Positions 10,773 to 19,472 of a stretch of 48,728 nucleotides of DNA are shown piece by piece. The notes under the pieces are model-generated. The model did not search any database. It worked only from the letters and a program-made list of their open reading frames with translations, and was not told the origin of the DNA. A program made the translations under genes and the position numbers. The DNA comes from Janthinobacterium sp. Its GTDB lineage: Bacteria > Pseudomonadota > Gammaproteobacteria > Burkholderiales > Burkholderiaceae_D. The DNA lies in the NCBI GenBank assembly GCA_036009485.1, contig DASYLQ010000316.1:1-48728 (forward strand). The letters run 5' to 3'. The first letter of the stretch is position 1. The number at the start of each line of letters is the position of its first letter.

Positions 10773-11342
10773 TTACAGGCTTGCCAGGTCGGCACGCAAC
10801 TGGTCGAATTTCAAGGCGCCGAGATAGGTCTTTTTGATCTGTCCGTCGACGCCGATCAGCACCGTGTAAGGCAGGCTGCCTTCCTTGTCGCCGAACAGGC
10901 GCGACAGCTCGGTGCCGCCCATGCCGGCCACGTAGACGGGATAGGCGATCTGGACTTTTTTGGCAAACTCAGCAATATTCTCCGGCGAATCGATGCCCAG
11001 TCCCAGCACCTGGATATTCTTGCCGGCGACTTCTTTTTGCAGCGCCGACAGTTCCGGCATTTCACGCACGCAAGGACCGCACCATGGCGCCCAGAAATTG
11101 ACGATCAAAGCCTTGCCTTTCCATTGAGACAGGGCTTGTGTCTGGCCCGACAAGTCTTTCAATTGCTGGTCGTAAAGCGACTGCACCGGGTCGCTGGCGG
11201 CCACGGCGGACGCTGCCGGCGCGCTTGCCGGCGCCGTTGCCACCACCGGTGCAGGGTTGTTTTTCTGCTTGGCGATATACACGCCGGCGCCGCCAAATAT
11301 CAGGGCGATGACGGCGTAGCTGATCAGATTCTTTTTGCTCAT
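10773..11342 (-). CDS. TlpA-family thiol:disulfide oxidoreductase
   Basis: N-terminal membrane anchor, NFWAPWCGPCVREMP (CxxC) and cis-Pro loop LPYT. Likely ATG at 11342. Confidence 0.9.
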   Translation of the reverse strand: MSKKNLISYAVIALIFGGAGVYIAKQKNNPAPVVATAPASAPAASAVAASDPVQSLYDQQLKDLSGQTQALSQWKGKALIVNFWAPWCGPCVREMPELSALQKEVAGKNIQVLGLGIDSPENIAEFAKKVQIAYPVYVAGMGGTELSRLFGDKEGSLPYTVLIGVDGQIKKTYLGALKFDQLRADLASL

Positions 11343-11359
11343 GATGACGTGCTGCTTTC

Positions 11360-11989
11360 CTATCGATTGGTGTTCTGGGTGCTGGTCACCAGCAGGGCCC
11401 GCAAGCCGGCGCAATCGGTGCGCTGCGTCTTGCCGTCGGCCTTGGTCTTGCGCGCGCCGCGCATGTCATCCAGCTCGTACAACTCGGCATGGACGCCCTC
11501 GTTCGACCAGAGGAAGCTGACGGTTTCGACGGCATCATAACGCGGTCCCTTGAAATGCGGGGATTCCGAGATATCGATGTCGATGTTTTTATTCAGGAAA
11601 AAAATTTCGACTTCCTTGGCGCTGTCGGCGAACAACTGCAGGTGGATGTCGGCATGCTGGCCGGCCGTGCCGTTCAACACGGCGCCGGTCAGGTAGGGAT
11701 TGAATTGCTGCAGCGCTTCCATCACTTGCAGCGCGACCGTGCGCAACTGAAACAGGCGCGCCGGCTGGCTATCGGCCAGGAAGAGGGCGTTATACAGGCG
11801 GAGCTCGTGCTCGATCATCTCGTTGTCGGGCAAGAGCTTGCTGCCGGCCTGGGCCTCGCCCAAAATCTGCCGCGCCGCCTTGCGCTTGGCGGTGCTGTAA
11901 TCGGCGCCGTCTTGCGCAATCAGGCGCGCCGCCGCCGCCGCGATTTCGGTGCGCAACAGCTGGGCATCGTCAAATGAATTCGGCATCAT
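11360..11989 (-). CDS. Conserved hypothetical protein with degenerate nucleotidyltransferase-like motif
   Basis: Likely start MMPNSF at 11989 or 11986; the upstream ORF extension overlaps mpl. AAARLIA..DY..AKRKAA, then YLTGAVLNGTAGQHADIHLQLF. Confidence 0.75.
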   Translation of the reverse strand: MMPNSFDDAQLLRTEIAAAAARLIAQDGADYSTAKRKAARQILGEAQAGSKLLPDNEMIEHELRLYNALFLADSQPARLFQLRTVALQVMEALQQFNPYLTGAVLNGTAGQHADIHLQLFADSAKEVEIFFLNKNIDIDISESPHFKGPRYDAVETVSFLWSNEGVHAELYELDDMRGARKTKADGKTQRTDCAGLRALLVTSTQNTNR

Positions 11990-12082
11990 GGGCCAGATCA
12001 TACCCGAACCGGGCAAACCCATCGCCGTCAGGTAAAATCCCATACTTCCCATTCGCCGGCGCTGTTCGCCCTTATTTTTCAC

Positions 12083-13453
12083 ATGCATATTCATATACTC
12101 GGCATCTGCGGCACCTTCATGGGCGGCCTCGCGGTGCTGGCCAAGGAGGCCGGGCACCGCGTCACCGGCTGCGACGCCAATGTCTATCCGCCCATGAGCA
12201 CCCAGCTGGAATCCCAGGACATCGAATTGATCCAGGGTTTCAGCCCGGAACAGATCAAACTGGCGCCCGACCTTTACGTGATCGGCAACGTAGTGTCGCG
12301 CGGCAATCCGCTGGTCGAGGAAATCCTCAACCGCAGCCTGCCTTATGTATCGGGGCCGCAGTGGATAGGCGAACATATATTACGCAACAAATGGGTGCTG
12401 GCCGTGGCCGGCACGCATGGCAAGACCACCACCTCGGCGATGCTGGCCTGGATACTCGAAGACGCCGGTTACGCACCGGGCTTCCTGATCGGCGGCGTGC
12501 CGGTCAACTTTGGCATCTCGGCCCGATTGTCGGGCAAGGACGCCGGTTCCGACTTCTTTGTCATCGAAGCCGATGAATACGACACGGCCTTCTTCGACAA
12601 GCGCAGCAAGTTCGTGCACTACCATGCCAAGACCGCCGTGCTGAACAACCTGGAATACGATCACGCCGACATCTTCCCCGATCTCGGCGCCATCGAAACC
12701 CAATTCCACCACCTGGTGCGCACCGTGCCGGGCATTGGCCGGCTGGTCGTGAATGCCGACGAAGCCACGCTGGAGCGGGTGCTGAAGCGCGGCTGCTGGA
12801 GCGAGAAGGAAAGTTTTGGCCAGGCCGCAGGCAGCGACTGGACCCTGCGCGAGCACGGCGACGGCAATTTCGACGTCATCTTCCAGGGCGAGGCCGCCGG
12901 CTCCGTGCTGTGGACTTTGACGGGCAAGCACAATCGCCACAATGCGCTGGCGGCGATCGCCGCGGCGCGCCATGTCGGCGTGCCGGTGGCCCAGGCGGCG
13001 GCATCGCTGGCTACTTTTCAGAACGTCAAGCGGCGCATGGAAGTGCGCGGCGTCGTCAGGGGCGTCACGGTCTACGACGATTTTGCCCATCACCCGACGG
13101 CGATCGCCACCACCGTCGGCGGCCTGCGGCAAAAACTTGGTGAAGCCGGCCGCATCCTGGCCGTGCTGGAGCCGCGCTCGAACACCATGAAGCTGGGCGC
13201 CATGAAGGAGGCCTTGCCGGGCAGCCTGGCCGAGGCCGACCTGGTCTTCGGTTTCGGCAGCCGCCAGGCGCTGGGCTGGAGCCTGGGCGATGCGCTGGCG
13301 CCGCTGGGCCAGGCCGCCGCCAGCTTCGACCAGATCGACGAACTGGTCGCAGCCATCGTTGCCGCCGCAAGGCCGGGCGACCATATCGTCGTGATGAGCA
13401 ATGGCGGCTTCGGCGGCGTGCACCAGAAATTGCTGGAGGCGCTGGCGCGATGA
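12083..13453 (+). CDS. mpl: Murein peptide ligase (UDP-MurNAc:L-Ala-gamma-D-Glu-mDAP ligase)
   Basis: MHIHILGICGTFMGG, AGTHGKTTT, EADEYDTAFFDKRSKF, DDFAHHPTAI, EPRSNTM. Confidence 0.97.
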   Translation: MHIHILGICGTFMGGLAVLAKEAGHRVTGCDANVYPPMSTQLESQDIELIQGFSPEQIKLAPDLYVIGNVVSRGNPLVEEILNRSLPYVSGPQWIGEHILRNKWVLAVAGTHGKTTTSAMLAWILEDAGYAPGFLIGGVPVNFGISARLSGKDAGSDFFVIEADEYDTAFFDKRSKFVHYHAKTAVLNNLEYDHADIFPDLGAIETQFHHLVRTVPGIGRLVVNADEATLERVLKRGCWSEKESFGQAAGSDWTLREHGDGNFDVIFQGEAAGSVLWTLTGKHNRHNALAAIAAARHVGVPVAQAAASLATFQNVKRRMEVRGVVRGVTVYDDFAHHPTAIATTVGGLRQKLGEAGRILAVLEPRSNTMKLGAMKEALPGSLAEADLVFGFGSRQALGWSLGDALAPLGQAAASFDQIDELVAAIVAAARPGDHIVVMSNGGFGGVHQKLLEALAR

Positions 13454-14034
13454 TCTTGTACCTGCACGGATTTCGTTCGTCGCCGACATCGATGAAGGCG
13501 CGCCTGCTGGCTGAACGCATGCGCTTGCTGGACCGGGAAGACGAGTGGCTTTGCCCGCAATTGCCGGCCTCGCCGAAAGAGGCGATAGCCTTGATATTTT
13601 CTTTGGTCGAGGCAGTGCCGCCCAGCGAACTGGCCATCATCGGTTCTTCGCTGGGCGGTTATTACGCCACCTGGCTGGCCGAGCGCCTCGGCTGCCGCGC
13701 CGCCCTGCTGAACCCTGCCGTCGCGCCGCTCAAGGATCTCGACAGGCATGTCGGCGTGACGACCGCCTACCATTCCGACCAGCCGTTTGAATTCAAGCGC
13801 GAATATATAGACGAGTTGCGCGCGCTGGCCGTGGCGCGCATCACCCAGCCGCAACGCTATTACCTGCTGGCCGCCAGCGGCGACGCAGTGCTGGACTACC
13901 GCGACATGCTGGCCCATTATGCCGGCGCCGACCAGCACCTGATCCAGGGCAGCGACCACGGCATCAGCGAATTTGCGCAATACCTGCCCGCGGTGCTGGC
14001 GTTTTGCGGCGTCGATCCGGGCGGCGTCCGGTGA
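13450..14034 (+). CDS. YqiA/YcfP family alpha/beta esterase
   Basis: LYLHGFRSSP, nucleophile elbow GSSLGG, LLNPA, GSDHG. ATGA overlap with mpl. Confidence 0.9.
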   Translation: MILYLHGFRSSPTSMKARLLAERMRLLDREDEWLCPQLPASPKEAIALIFSLVEAVPPSELAIIGSSLGGYYATWLAERLGCRAALLNPAVAPLKDLDRHVGVTTAYHSDQPFEFKREYIDELRALAVARITQPQRYYLLAASGDAVLDYRDMLAHYAGADQHLIQGSDHGISEFAQYLPAVLAFCGVDPGGVR

Positions 14035-14645
14035 GGGCAGGTTCGCTCAGGCAGGCGCAATGGTTCCAGCATGTCAACGCCGTCAACGCGCCGTCCGGCC
14101 TGCGCCGCTGGCTGGCCGGCGGCGGTTCGCTGACCGCCAAGCTGAAGGCGCATAGCCTGGCTTTCCGGGTCGAACGCCTGCACCAGGAAACCGCGATCTG
14201 CCTGCCGGACGAAGCCGCGGCCATCGGCCTGCACCGGCCCGGCCGGGTGTGGGAGCGCGAGGTTTTACTGAAATGTGATGAGCGCGCCGTCGTCTTCGCG
14301 CATACTGTCGTACCGATGGCGGCCACCGCGGCGGACTGGCCCTTGTTCAGCGCGCTCGGCAACCGCTCGCTGGGCAGCACGCTGTTCGGCGATCCGCAAG
14401 TGCGGCGCGGCGTTCTGGAATACGCAAGAATACGTTCCGGCCACCCCCTGATGCGGCGCGCCTCGCTTGCCCTGGGGCTGGACGGCCATGAAGAAACCAT
14501 ATTGTATGCGCGGCGCTGCCTGTACCGGCGCCACCAGGGCGTGCTGCTGGTGACGGAAGTGTTCCTGCCCGCGCTAGGCAACCTGGTCCGCCTGGAAAAA
14601 GCGCGCATCAATGCAGGCGACAGATTAACTAACAGAATTAACTAA
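14031..14645 (+). CDS. ubiC: Chorismate--pyruvate lyase
   Basis: GSLTAKL, REVLL, VFAHTV, LGNRSLGSTLF, ARR, LLVTEVFLP. GTG at 14031 overlaps the yqiA stop. Confidence 0.88.
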   Translation: MRAGSLRQAQWFQHVNAVNAPSGLRRWLAGGGSLTAKLKAHSLAFRVERLHQETAICLPDEAAAIGLHRPGRVWEREVLLKCDERAVVFAHTVVPMAATAADWPLFSALGNRSLGSTLFGDPQVRRGVLEYARIRSGHPLMRRASLALGLDGHEETILYARRCLYRRHQGVLLVTEVFLPALGNLVRLEKARINAGDRLTNRIN

Positions 14646-14649
14646 CAGA
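14624..14649. repeat. Perfect 13-bp tandem duplication ATTAACTAACAGA x2 spanning the ubiC stop
   Basis: 14624-14636 and 14637-14649 are identical. Confidence 0.85.
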
Positions 14650-14657
14650 AGCTGGCA

Positions 14658-16748
14658 ATGAATTTATTTTTTGAAGAATCCGGCGATTTCAAGGTCGGCA
14701 CCATGATGACGCAGGCCGGCGAGGCTTACCAGGTTGAGATGGCCAGCGGCAAGCGCACCAAGGTGAAAGTCAAGGATGTGCTGCTGCAATTCACGGCGCC
14801 GGTGCCGGCCTTGCTGATGGAGCAAGCCAGGGACATCGCCGCCGGGATCGACCTCGATTTCTTGTGGGAAGTGGCAGGCGAAGAAGAGTTCGGTTTCGCC
14901 GAGCTGGGCGCCGAATATTTCGGCCATGCGCCGCTGCCGCAGGAAGCGGCCGGCCTGATCCTCAGCCTGCACTCGGCGCCCATCTATTTCTATAAAAAAG
15001 GCCGGGGCCGCTATAAGGCGGCTCCGGAAGCGTCGCTGAAGGCGGCGCTGGCCGGCATTGAAAAGAAAAAGCAGCAGGCGGTGATCCAGGCCCGGTACGT
15101 GGAAGAATTGAAGGCGCACCAATTGCCGGCTTCGATGAAACCCATCGTGCTGCAATTGCTGTTCAAGCCGGACAAGAACAGCATCGAATACAAGGCGCTG
15201 GAAGCGGCTTGCGACGAGTTGCACACCAATCCCGCGCGCCTGATGCTGGCGGCCGGCGGCATCGCGTCGGCCAAGGACTTGCACCTGTCGAAGTTCCTGT
15301 TCGAGAATTTCCCCAAAGGCGCCGGTTTCCCCGAGGTGCCGGTGCCGCCGCCGGCGACCGGCTTGCCGGTGGCCGAGGTCGCCGCTTTTTCCATCGACGA
15401 CGTCACCACCACCGAGATCGACGACGCCTTTTCAGTGGTCACGCTGGCCGGCGGCCTGGTGCGGGTCGGCATCCACATCGCCGCGCCGGCGCTGGGCATC
15501 CACCCCGACGACGTCATCGACAAGATCGCGCGCCAGCGCATGTCCACCGTGTATATGCCGGGCGACAAGATCACAATGTTGCCGGATGAAGTGGTCGACG
15601 CCTTCACCCTGGCCGAGGGCAAGACCTGTCCGGCGATGTCCTTGTACGCGACGCTGGACCCGTCCGACTGGAGCGTGGTCAAGACCGAGACCCGCGCCGA
15701 GCTGGTGCCGATGGCCCGCAATTTGCGGCATAACGACCTCGATACCCTGGTCACCGAAGAAACCCTGGCCAGCGGCGAAGGCGAATACGAGCACAAGGCC
15801 GACCTCGGCCTGCTGTGGCAGTGGGCCCGGCAGCTGGAACAGGGGCGCATGAAAAAGCGCGAAGCCTTCGGCTTGAAGCCGGAGCAAAACAACCGCATCG
15901 ATTTCAATTTTTACGTGGAAAACGACGTCGTCAGCGTGGTGCGGCGCAAGCGCGGGGCGCCGCTGGACAAGATCGTCGCCGAGCTGATGATCTTTGCCAA
16001 CAGCACCTGGGGCAAGCTGCTGCACGACCACGGCGTGCCCGGCATCTACCGCAGCCAGGGCGGCGGCAGCGGCAATGGCTGGGCCGCCAAGATGCAGGTG
16101 CGCATGGTGACGCACGCCGCGCCCCACCAGGGCTTGGGCGTCGACCAGTATGCGTGGAGCACCTCGCCGCTGCGGCGCTACACCGACCTGGTGAACCAGT
16201 GGCAAATCCTGGCCGTCGCCGAGCATGGCGTGACCGCGCCGCTGGTGGCGCCGTTCAAGCCGCGCGACGCCAACCTGTTCGCCATCGTCTCCGCATTCGA
16301 CGCCGCCTATGCCGCCTATGGCGATTTCCAGTCGAATATGGAACGCTACTGGTGTCTGCGCTGGCTGGGCCAGGAAGAGGCCAGGCAGGTCGAGGCCGTG
16401 GTGCTGAAGGATGAAGTGCTGCGCCTGGCCGACATTCCGCTGGTGATCAAGCTGCCGGGCATGCCGCAGGTGGCGCGCGGCGCCCAGGTCAAGCTCGACA
16501 TCCTGCGCTGGGACGAGGTCGACCTGTCGATCGAGGCGCGCCTGCTGGAAATCGCCGCGCTGCCGGAAGCGGCGGCCGGCGCCGAACTGGATTACGAGGA
16601 CGAGGCCGGCGACGAGCCGGCGCCGGAAGTCGCGGCGGCCGAAGCCGCGGCGGCCGCCGCCGGCTCCGACGCCGACCCGGCTGCGCAGGATGAAAGCGTG
16701 GCGACCGGCGTGGCTGCCAGCGTGGCGGCCGGACCGTCCGCGGCATAG
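14658..16748 (+). CDS. RNB-domain exoribonuclease (RNase II family)
   Basis: SIDDVTTTEIDDAFS catalytic loop, GIHIA, TVYMPG, ELMIFAN, TSPLRRYTDLVNQ. Acidic Ala-rich tail. Confidence 0.92.
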   Translation: MNLFFEESGDFKVGTMMTQAGEAYQVEMASGKRTKVKVKDVLLQFTAPVPALLMEQARDIAAGIDLDFLWEVAGEEEFGFAELGAEYFGHAPLPQEAAGLILSLHSAPIYFYKKGRGRYKAAPEASLKAALAGIEKKKQQAVIQARYVEELKAHQLPASMKPIVLQLLFKPDKNSIEYKALEAACDELHTNPARLMLAAGGIASAKDLHLSKFLFENFPKGAGFPEVPVPPPATGLPVAEVAAFSIDDVTTTEIDDAFSVVTLAGGLVRVGIHIAAPALGIHPDDVIDKIARQRMSTVYMPGDKITMLPDEVVDAFTLAEGKTCPAMSLYATLDPSDWSVVKTETRAELVPMARNLRHNDLDTLVTEETLASGEGEYEHKADLGLLWQWARQLEQGRMKKREAFGLKPEQNNRIDFNFYVENDVVSVVRRKRGAPLDKIVAELMIFANSTWGKLLHDHGVPGIYRSQGGGSGNGWAAKMQVRMVTHAAPHQGLGVDQYAWSTSPLRRYTDLVNQWQILAVAEHGVTAPLVAPFKPRDANLFAIVSAFDAAYAAYGDFQSNMERYWCLRWLGQEEARQVEAVVLKDEVLRLADIPLVIKLPGMPQVARGAQVKLDILRWDEVDLSIEARLLEIAALPEAAAGAELDYEDEAGDEPAPEVAAAEAAAAAAGSDADPAAQDESVATGVAASVAAGPSAA

Positions 16749-16755
16749 CTGGCGG

Positions 16756-16791
16756 GGCGCCGCGCAAAAACTCTCAATGCGCGGCGCCTTT
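16756..16791 (+). terminator. Probable intrinsic terminator after the RNB gene
   Basis: 11-bp stem GGCGCCGCGCA/TGCGCGGCGCC with 11-nt loop, followed by only TTT. Confidence 0.55.
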
Positions 16792-16809
16792 GACGTAAAA
16801 TTCAGCATT

Positions 16810-16845
16810 CTTTTGAAGTAACTAATTTACCCTTTTGAAGTAACT
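16810..16845. repeat. 14-bp direct repeat CTTTTGAAGTAACT x2 with 22-bp period, candidate regulator site
   Basis: 16810-16823 and 16832-16845 are identical, in AT-rich intergenic DNA upstream of the tonB-like gene. Confidence 0.8.
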
Positions 16846-16916
16846 GAGCGAGTGCCAAATAAACGCGTTGTCAAACGAGTTCATAAGCAAGTGCTTGGAT
16901 TGATGCCTGGTCGCGC

Positions 16917-17801
16917 GTGAAGTCTTTCCAAAGAAACCGATTCCTGTTCGTTGCGGTATTCCTTTCGCTGCTGGCGCACGGCGCCTTGCTGGCCGTGCAT
17001 TTTGTCGCGCCGCAGCCGGCCCGCCTCGAGCCTACCGATCCCGGCATGGAAGTCATCCTGGTCAACGCCAAGCACGCCAACAAGCCGCTGAAGGCCGATG
17101 CGCTGGCGCAGGCCAACCTGGACGGCGGCGGCCATGCCGACAGCGGCCGCTCGAAGTCGCCGCTGCCCGACATGCGCAAGACGGAAAACGGCGAAAGCCT
17201 GAAAGCCTCGCGGCGCCGCATCGCCGAGCTGGAGCAGGAACAACAGAATTTGCTGACGCAGGCGAAACAGTCGGCCTTCGCGGCGCCGCCGATGACCGAG
17301 AAAACCAAGCCGGATCCGCTGCCGAGCGGCGCCGACCTGATCGACATCAGCAAGGCCATCGCGCGCCAGACCGCCGAGATCAGCCAGACCATCGAAGACC
17401 AGAACAAGCGCCCGCGCAAGACCTTCATCACGCCGAGCACGCAGGAAGTCGGTTATGCGATGTATTACAAGACCATGCAAAAGCGCATAGAGGAAATCGG
17501 CACGCTGAATTTCCCGCAGCAAAACGGGCGCAAATTGTATGGCGAACTGGTGCTGCAGATCCCGGTCTTCCAGGACGGCAGCATCTATATGAAGGAGGGC
17601 GGGGCCCAGGTCAAGGTGAGCTCGGGCAATGCCGCGCTCGACAATGCGGCGCTGGCCATCGTGCGCCGCGCCGCGCCCTTCGGCCGCTTCCCGCCGAATA
17701 TGCTGTCGAGCGACAAGGATGACCTGTGGGTGATCACCACCCGCTTCAAGTTTACCCGTGAAGAAAGAATGGAAACCAATTTGAGCGGAGCCGCAAACTG
17801 A
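16917..17801 (+). CDS. TonB-family (energy transducer TonB C-terminal domain) protein
   Basis: N-terminal anchor [10 protein letters not shown]-terminal [24 protein letters not shown] start. Conserved RNB-tonB-aroE order. Confidence 0.82.
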   Translation: MKSFQRNRFLFVAVFLSLLAHGALLAVHFVAPQPARLEPTDPGMEVILVNAKHANKPLKADALAQANLDGGGHADSGRSKSPLPDMRKTENGESLKASRRRIAELEQEQQNLLTQAKQSAFAAPPMTEKTKPDPLPSGADLIDISKAIARQTAEISQTIEDQNKRPRKTFITPSTQEVGYAMYYKTMQKRIEEIGTLNFPQQNGRKLYGELVLQIPVFQDGSIYMKEGGAQVKVSSGNAALDNAALAIVRRAAPFGRFPPNMLSSDKDDLWVITTRFKFTREERMETNLSGAAN

Positions 17802-18643
17802 TGGCGACCCCTGACCGTTACTGCGTCTTCGGCAACCCGATTGCCCACAGCAAGTCGCCGGAACTCCACGCCGCCTTCGCCGCCCAGACCGGCCAGCGCA
17901 TCGCCTACGAACGCCGGCTGGCGCCGCTGGAAGGCTTCGCCGCCGCGGTGCGCCAGTTCATCGGCGAAGGCGGCAAGGGCGCCAACGTGACGCTGCCCTT
18001 CAAGCTGGAAGCCTGCGCGCTGGCCCTGTCGCTGACGCCGCGGGCCAAGGCGGCTGGCGCCGTGAATACCCTCAGCTTCGCCGGCGACGACATCGTCGGC
18101 GACAATACCGACGGCGCCGGCCTGGTCAACGACATCGTGCGCAACGCCGTGGTGCCGATCGAAGGCAAGCGCATCCTGCTGCTGGGCGCGGGCGGGGCGG
18201 CGCGCGGCGTCATCCTGCCGCTGCTGGGCGACCATCCGGCCCAGCTGGTCATCGCCAACCGCACCCGCGCCACGGCCGATGCGCTGGTGTGGCAGTTTTC
18301 CGCGCTGGGCGACCATGCGCAGCAAGTGGTGGCGCGCCAATTCCACCAGCTGGAAGGGCCGTTCGACATCGTCGTCAACGCCACTTCCGCCAGCCTCAGC
18401 GGCGAATTGCCGCCGCTGCCGCCCGGCTTGTTCGGCCAGCACACGCTGGCGCTGGACATGATGTACGGGCGCGCGCCGACGGTGTTCATGGAATTCGCCG
18501 CCGCCCAGGGCGCCGTGGCGCGCGACGGCCTCGGCATGCTGGTCGAACAGGCGGCCGAAGCGTTTTTCGGCTGGCGCGGCGTGCGTCCGCGCACCGACGC
18601 GGTGCTGGCGGCGCTGCGCGCGACGATGTCTGCCGGATCATGA
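17801..18643 (+). CDS. aroE: Shikimate dehydrogenase
   Basis: [46 protein letters not shown]. Confidence 0.97.
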   Translation: MATPDRYCVFGNPIAHSKSPELHAAFAAQTGQRIAYERRLAPLEGFAAAVRQFIGEGGKGANVTLPFKLEACALALSLTPRAKAAGAVNTLSFAGDDIVGDNTDGAGLVNDIVRNAVVPIEGKRILLLGAGGAARGVILPLLGDHPAQLVIANRTRATADALVWQFSALGDHAQQVVARQFHQLEGPFDIVVNATSASLSGELPPLPPGLFGQHTLALDMMYGRAPTVFMEFAAAQGAVARDGLGMLVEQAAEAFFGWRGVRPRTDAVLAALRATMSAGS

Positions 18644-19356
18644 GCCGCGCGCGTCCATCGCCGGGCGGGCGCATGCTGTGGATACGCCGCATCCTGCTGT
18701 TGCTGATTGCCGCCTTCCTGCTGATCCAGTTGTATTTCTTCGTGCAAATCTGGTGGTGGGTCCGGCATAACCCGGACAGCACCAGCTTCATGCGCGAGCA
18801 ATTGGCGGCCCTGCGCGAAAAGAACCCGAAGGCCACGCTGAAGCATATCTGGGTGCCCTACGGGCGCATCTCGGTCAACCTGAAGCGCGCCATCATCGCT
18901 TCGGAAGACGCGAATTTTTCCGATCACGACGGGGTCGACTGGGAAGCGCTGGAAAAAGCCTATGAACGCAACAACCAGAAGCACAAGGTGGTGCGCGGCG
19001 GTTCGACCATCACCCAGCAGCTGGCCAAGAATCTGTTTTTATCCGGCTCGCGCAGCTATCTGCGCAAGGGCCAGGAACTGGTCATCGCCTATATGCTGGA
19101 AGCGCTGATGGACAAGGAGCGCATCTATGAAATCTACCTGAACTCGGTCGAATTCGGCAGCGGCATCTTCGGCGCCGAAGCGGCGGCGCGGCATTATTAC
19201 GGCATCGGCGCCGCCAGCCTGGGCGCCAGCCAGGCGGCCCGGCTGGCGGTGATGCTGCCGAATCCGCGCTTTTTCGACCGCCACCAGGATTCCGGCTACC
19301 TGGCGCGCCGCACCGACGTCATTTTACGGCGCATGAACTCGGCGGATTTGCCGTAA
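18640..19356 (+). CDS. mtgA: Monofunctional biosynthetic peptidoglycan transglycosylase
   Basis: [34 protein letters not shown]. Start at 18640 (ATGA overlap) or 18673. Confidence 0.95.
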   Translation: MSRARPSPGGRMLWIRRILLLLIAAFLLIQLYFFVQIWWWVRHNPDSTSFMREQLAALREKNPKATLKHIWVPYGRISVNLKRAIIASEDANFSDHDGVDWEALEKAYERNNQKHKVVRGGSTITQQLAKNLFLSGSRSYLRKGQELVIAYMLEALMDKERIYEIYLNSVEFGSGIFGAEAAARHYYGIGAASLGASQAARLAVMLPNPRFFDRHQDSGYLARRTDVILRRMNSADLP

Positions 19357-19385
19357 GACCCGGCCTGATACCGCAGCCGGCGACG

Positions 19386-19419
19386 CTGTCATCGGCATGT
19401 CACCGCCGCTGCCTATACT
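19386..19419 (+). promoter_or_regulatory. Pho-box-like direct repeat plus -10 element upstream of the ABC permease
   Basis: CTGTCAT-CGGC-ATGTCAC (19386-19403, 11-bp period), then 10 nt, then TATACT (19414-19419). Matches PhoB-activated promoter geometry. Confidence 0.6.
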
Positions 19420-19472
19420 AAAAAATTTACCTGAATCCGTGACGCGCGCCGTTGCCTGAGAAAGCAAATGGA

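Noticed and set aside
16810-16845. Mini-CRISPR interpretation of the direct repeats
   Set aside because: Only two 14-bp copies with an 8-nt gap and no cas genes.
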